Source: Patescibacteria group bacterium
GTDB lineage: Bacteria > Patescibacteriota > Saccharimonadia > Saccharimonadales > JANWIN01
NCBI GenBank assembly: GCA_035480855.1
Contig: DATIHJ010000026.1
Span: 1 to 55,746 of the forward strand
Direction: 5' to 3'
Length of the DNA: 55,746 nt
Part shown: one piece after another, positions 52,378 to 55,746 of the stretch
How positions within the stretch are numbered: the first letter of the stretch is position 1
Layout of the letters: each line of letters starts with the position of its first letter
Notes under the pieces: generated by a model
What the model was told of the DNA's origin: nothing
The model's database searches: none
Seen by the model: only the letters and a program-made list of their open reading frames with translations
Position numbers and translations under genes: made by a program

Positions 52378-54036
52378 ATGGCGAAATCTACTAAGGCTAA
52401 GAAATCTAAAATAGTAAAATATTTTGATTCTTATAATTTCCTTGGCACTGTGCCTGGCATGATTTTTGTTTATCTTGGGTTTCTACCAACGCTTTTGCCA
52501 CGTGGTTGGATACTTCAAGGAGTTTTAAGTGGCATTTTATTTACAATAGGTTACGGAATTGGACTTATTGTTAGCCACTTTATTCGCAGATTTTCCCCCA
52601 ATGAAAAACCAGCGGCTAAAAAGCAAAAGATTAAAAAGTACACTTACCTTGTGCTCGCAGGTTTATACATAATTGCTGTAGTTGTTGGCTATAACTGGCA
52701 AGAAGAAGTAAGGAAATTAGTTGGTCAATCTCCGAAGTATTCGTACTCAATTATAGGTACAATTATTGTGAGTGTATTATTAATAGCGTTTATTTTATTA
52801 GTCAGCCGCAGCATACATAGTCTTTACGTATGGTTAAAGCGACTGATAAATAAACATATCCCCAGGCCAGTTGCCTACACAGCGGCTTGGCTTGTTACGG
52901 CACTGCTAGTTATCGGCGTGTTAAATGGCGTTATTTTTTCTAGTGCAATGGGGGCACTTAACGAAGCTTTTAGCGTTAGGAACGGAACTACTGACGCGGG
53001 TATTGTGCAGCCAACTGCTCCTGAGCTTAGTGGTAGTAGCCATTCACTGATACCCTGGAGTACGCTCGGCCGCCAAGGTAGAAACTTTATAGGTAGAGCT
53101 AATACTGCAGACACTCTAAGCAAATTTAGTCATTCGCCTGCAATGCAGCCAATTAGAATTTATGCCGGCCTTGATTCTGCCTCTAACACAAAGGAGCGGG
53201 CAGATTTGGCTACAGCAGACCTAAAAAGAGCTGGCGGATTTAACAGAAAAGTAATTGTAGTAGTGACTACTACCGGTACCGGATGGGTAGACGAAGAAGG
53301 TGTAGCTCCTATGGAATATATGTATAACGGGGATTCAGCGATAGTCTCAATGCAGTATTCGTTTCTGCCTAGCTGGCTATCATTTTTGGTTGACCAGCAA
53401 AAAGCCAAGGATGCCGGTCAGGAGCTATATAATTCTGTATATAACCAGTTGCTAAATATATCGGCAGAGAGCCGTCCAAAGATTGTTGTATTTGGTGAAA
53501 GTCTTGGCAGTTATGGAGGGGAGTCAGCATTTTCTAATTTAGCATCCTTCAAAGCATCGTCTAATGGTGTAGTGTGGGCAGGCCCGCCGAATTTTAACGT
53601 CCTAAGAAAAACTGCTACTGCTGAGCGTGAACCAGGATCGCCAGAGATTTTGCCAATATTCCAAAATGGCCAGAATGTCAGGTTTGCAGCTAAACCTGCA
53701 GATTTCAATAATCCACATAAACCATGGGGAAGCCCACGGGCCGTTTACTTAGAAAATCCGTCAGATCCAATTGTTTGGTGGTCACCATCACTTCTCTTCC
53801 ATAAACCAGATTGGCTTAACGAACCTCGTGGCGCAGATGTAAGCACTAAAACCAGATGGATTCCGATTATAACTTTCTGGGGTGTTACGGGTGATATGGT
53901 GTTTTCTACAAACGCTCCGGACGGACATGGTCATAAATACGGAAAACTTCCTACAGACGCCTGGAGTTACGTAGCCCCACCAGACGGTTGGACGCAGCAA
54001 AAGACAGATGCTCTAAAAGTTGAGCTAAGTAAGTAG
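52378..54036 (+). CDS. Membrane-anchored alpha/beta hydrolase (Abhydrolase_9 type)
   Basis: An N-terminal ~200 aa with five TMs, then a hydrolase domain with VVVTTTGTGWVD and the nucleophile region VVFGESLGSYGGE. Confidence 0.75.
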   Translation: MAKSTKAKKSKIVKYFDSYNFLGTVPGMIFVYLGFLPTLLPRGWILQGVLSGILFTIGYGIGLIVSHFIRRFSPNEKPAAKKQKIKKYTYLVLAGLYIIAVVVGYNWQEEVRKLVGQSPKYSYSIIGTIIVSVLLIAFILLVSRSIHSLYVWLKRLINKHIPRPVAYTAAWLVTALLVIGVLNGVIFSSAMGALNEAFSVRNGTTDAGIVQPTAPELSGSSHSLIPWSTLGRQGRNFIGRANTADTLSKFSHSPAMQPIRIYAGLDSASNTKERADLATADLKRAGGFNRKVIVVVTTTGTGWVDEEGVAPMEYMYNGDSAIVSMQYSFLPSWLSFLVDQQKAKDAGQELYNSVYNQLLNISAESRPKIVVFGESLGSYGGESAFSNLASFKASSNGVVWAGPPNFNVLRKTATAEREPGSPEILPIFQNGQNVRFAAKPADFNNPHKPWGSPRAVYLENPSDPIVWWSPSLLFHKPDWLNEPRGADVSTKTRWIPIITFWGVTGDMVFSTNAPDGHGHKYGKLPTDAWSYVAPPDGWTQQKTDALKVELSK

Positions 54037-54066
54037 ATTTCCTAAACTACTGGCTGGAGTTAATTG

Positions 54067-54768
54067 ATGAACAAATACTCTGAATTTAAATTCACCAGCC
54101 GCACCACGCAGGGTTTACTTTTATTTGTTTTGACACTTATTGTTTTTAATATTGCCTTTATATCGTCTAATGGCTGGGCTAGACTTTTTTGGAACATATC
54201 TGGCTACGCTATTTTATTTATGGTTTACAAGTTTACACGGTTGAGCCTTGATTCAATTGGTTTATCAAGAAGAAGTATAAAACCAGGACTAAAATACGGC
54301 TGTTATATCGTATTAGTTATTTTATTTGTAATGTTGGTAGCGTTTTTTATAGACAAAACTATCTATAAAGACCCCAGATATCATCGCAATCTATCAACCG
54401 CACTATATTCTGTCCTAATTTTACTGCCACTAAAAACTGTGATTTTTGAAGAAATTGCATTCCGGGGAATACTTCCAGCAATTCTATTGAAGATAAGAAA
54501 TGAGCGGAGGTTTGCAGCCATTGTCGCCTCACTGGCATTTGGACTGTGGCATGTATTTTCTGCTACCAAGATTGGCAATTATCATATCGGAGGTAATGTA
54601 AACATACCGGGTATAGCCGTTATTGGAGGTGTTTTTATAGCAACTTCTTTGTTTGGATATCTGCTATGTGAGCTTAGATTGCGAAGCAACAGCTTAGTGG
54701 CACCAATTATCGTACACTGGTTTCTTAACGGGTTTGGAATAGTCCTCGCATCTCTTAGCTGGTTATGA
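54067..54768 (+). CDS. CPBP-family intramembrane glutamic endopeptidase (CAAX protease-like)
   Basis: Motif 1 EEIAFRG, motif 2 FGLWH, motif 3 HWFLN, and a polytopic layout. ATG 54067 is preferred to TTG 54064. Confidence 0.85.
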   Translation: MNKYSEFKFTSRTTQGLLLFVLTLIVFNIAFISSNGWARLFWNISGYAILFMVYKFTRLSLDSIGLSRRSIKPGLKYGCYIVLVILFVMLVAFFIDKTIYKDPRYHRNLSTALYSVLILLPLKTVIFEEIAFRGILPAILLKIRNERRFAAIVASLAFGLWHVFSATKIGNYHIGGNVNIPGIAVIGGVFIATSLFGYLLCELRLRSNSLVAPIIVHWFLNGFGIVLASLSWL

Positions 54769-54791
54769 GACTGGAAAATTTACTAACAGTC

Positions 54792-55385
54792 CTACTCTCC
54801 AACGGTTCCAGTCTTAACTTTTCCGGCCCGCTTGTAGTTGGCAAAAATAACTCCGGTTGGTGTGATAGAAGTCTTTGTTAGTGTAAATGCCGCCGGAATT
54901 GTACCACCTGCAAACAACTTTTTCCCCTTGCCTATTGTCAACGGAAATATTTTGAGCCATAGTTCATCCACTAAATCATTTTCTAGTAGTGTCTGGATGA
55001 GTTTACCGCTACCATGAACTTGAAGGTCAGAGCCCTTTGAGTTTTTAAGTTTTTTAATTTCTGTCACACTTTTTAAGACTACTGAGTTTTTCCAATCCGA
55101 TTTCTTCATGGTCCTACTCATAACGTATTTTGTGACATCATTAATACCGGGCCACATGTCTGCATGCTTAGGCCAGTAGCCCGCAAAAATCTTGAATGTT
55201 TTTCTGCCCAAAAGGAGGTCCGCGGATTTCATCTGTTTTTGCATGACTTTACCGGCAGCTTCGTCAAAATACGGAGCAGTCCAACCACCATATTTAAAGC
55301 CTCCCGAGGTGTCTTCTTCTGGTCCTCCAGGTGCCTGCATGACACCATCAAGACTGATAAAAGATAGTACGACTATTTTTCTCAT
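54792..55385 (-). CDS. Dihydrofolate reductase-family protein (RibD C-terminal domain type)
   Basis: MRKIVVLSFISLDGVMQAPGGPEED..GGF..GGW, and VHGSG.L...L....LVDEL.L...P...G.GK.LF. Start set at ATG 55385, 6 nt after an extended -10. Confidence 0.85.
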   Translation of the reverse strand: MRKIVVLSFISLDGVMQAPGGPEEDTSGGFKYGGWTAPYFDEAAGKVMQKQMKSADLLLGRKTFKIFAGYWPKHADMWPGINDVTKYVMSRTMKKSDWKNSVVLKSVTEIKKLKNSKGSDLQVHGSGKLIQTLLENDLVDELWLKIFPLTIGKGKKLFAGGTIPAAFTLTKTSITPTGVIFANYKRAGKVKTGTVGE

Positions 55386-55391
55386 ACTCAT

Positions 55392-55400
55392 ATAATATCA
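55392..55400 (-). promoter_or_regulatory. Extended -10 element TGaTATTAT, 6 nt upstream of ATG 55385
   Basis: The minus strand reads tttGaTATTATatgagtATGAGAAAA context: TGA = 55400-55398, TATTAT = 55397-55392. Confidence 0.45.
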
Positions 55401-55461
55401 AATTACAGCAAATATGGCTTCTTTTTACAGAGGTCATAATGCCTAATTACAAATATATTTT

Positions 55462-55737
55462 TTAATAACTAAAATTTATACTAGTAGGTGAAGCTGTAGA
55501 GCCTATACAATGCGTGGTGACGCTGCTTGAAGATGTTTCCAACCCATATAAAATAACTATATTTTTGGGATCACTAGTGGGATCTGCAGCTGATCCATCA
55601 ACAGTGCATTTTGCAAAGTCTGATAAGATTAATTGATCATTTGTGGGTAGCGGGGGCCACTGGGGAGGAGGCGCGCTAATAGCACCATACGCCAGAATGT
55701 TATTTTCGCGTTGGCTAAACGCGGACTTTAGTGTCAT
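55462..55737 (-). CDS. Hypothetical protein (Pro/Ser/Thr-rich), close to the window edge
   Basis: A 91-codon ORF with ATG at 55737. No recognised domain, and the upstream context is truncated by the window end. Confidence 0.35.
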   Translation of the reverse strand: MTLKSAFSQRENNILAYGAISAPPPQWPPLPTNDQLILSDFAKCTVDGSAADPTSDPKNIVILYGLETSSSSVTTHCIGSTASPTSINFSY

Positions 55738-55746
55738 ACAAAACGT

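Overview
Densely coding 55.7-kb chromosomal window, standard genetic code, moderately AT-rich, with short intergenic regions and many overlapping (ATGA/GTGA) gene junctions. Most of it is core metabolism and information processing. Main gene groups: an oxidative pentose-phosphate operon (zwf-gnd-pgl) divergent from rpiA; a purF/purN fusion with purD and prs; riboflavin kinase-ribE-ribH; rpsP-KH-trmD; rnc-NUDIX-nusB-rpmF-leuS; ligA; htpX-lemA; two two-component systems; sodC-ndh; and a DEAD-box helicase. There is also a translationally coupled cell-wall cassette (MurF-like ligase, alpha/beta hydrolase, DegT aminotransferase, FemAB transferase, polysaccharide deacetylase), plus stretches of small stress and membrane proteins (3.5-7.4 kb and 44.9-55.7 kb). 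RNA genes are tRNA-Ala(GGC), tRNA-Ala(CGC), tRNA-Leu(UAA), a structurally atypical tRNA-Cys(GCA), and rpmF, which the ORF track misses. I found no rRNA, CRISPR array, transposase, integrase or obvious prophage or defence genes. The gene content includes a WhiB-like regulator, DUF7144 paralogs, an Abhydrolase_9 membrane hydrolase, FemAB, and acidic tails on S16 and the KH protein. That suggests a reduced monoderm lineage with Actinobacteria-flavoured accessory genes, possibly Patescibacteria/Saccharibacteria-like, but this is inference only. The strongest second-look items are: (1) a 37-nt tRNA-Ala acceptor-arm minihelix with all AlaRS identity elements and an encoded CCA, between a gene 3' end and a terminator, directly upstream of the FemAB-containing wall cassette; (2) a tRNA-Cys with a non-canonical T-loop and D-loop; (3) purF, whose catalytic Cys lies upstream of every canonical start codon (probable ATT start), fused to purN; (4) a recurring extended -10 promoter placed 6-8 nt from the ATG, implying widespread leaderless mRNAs.
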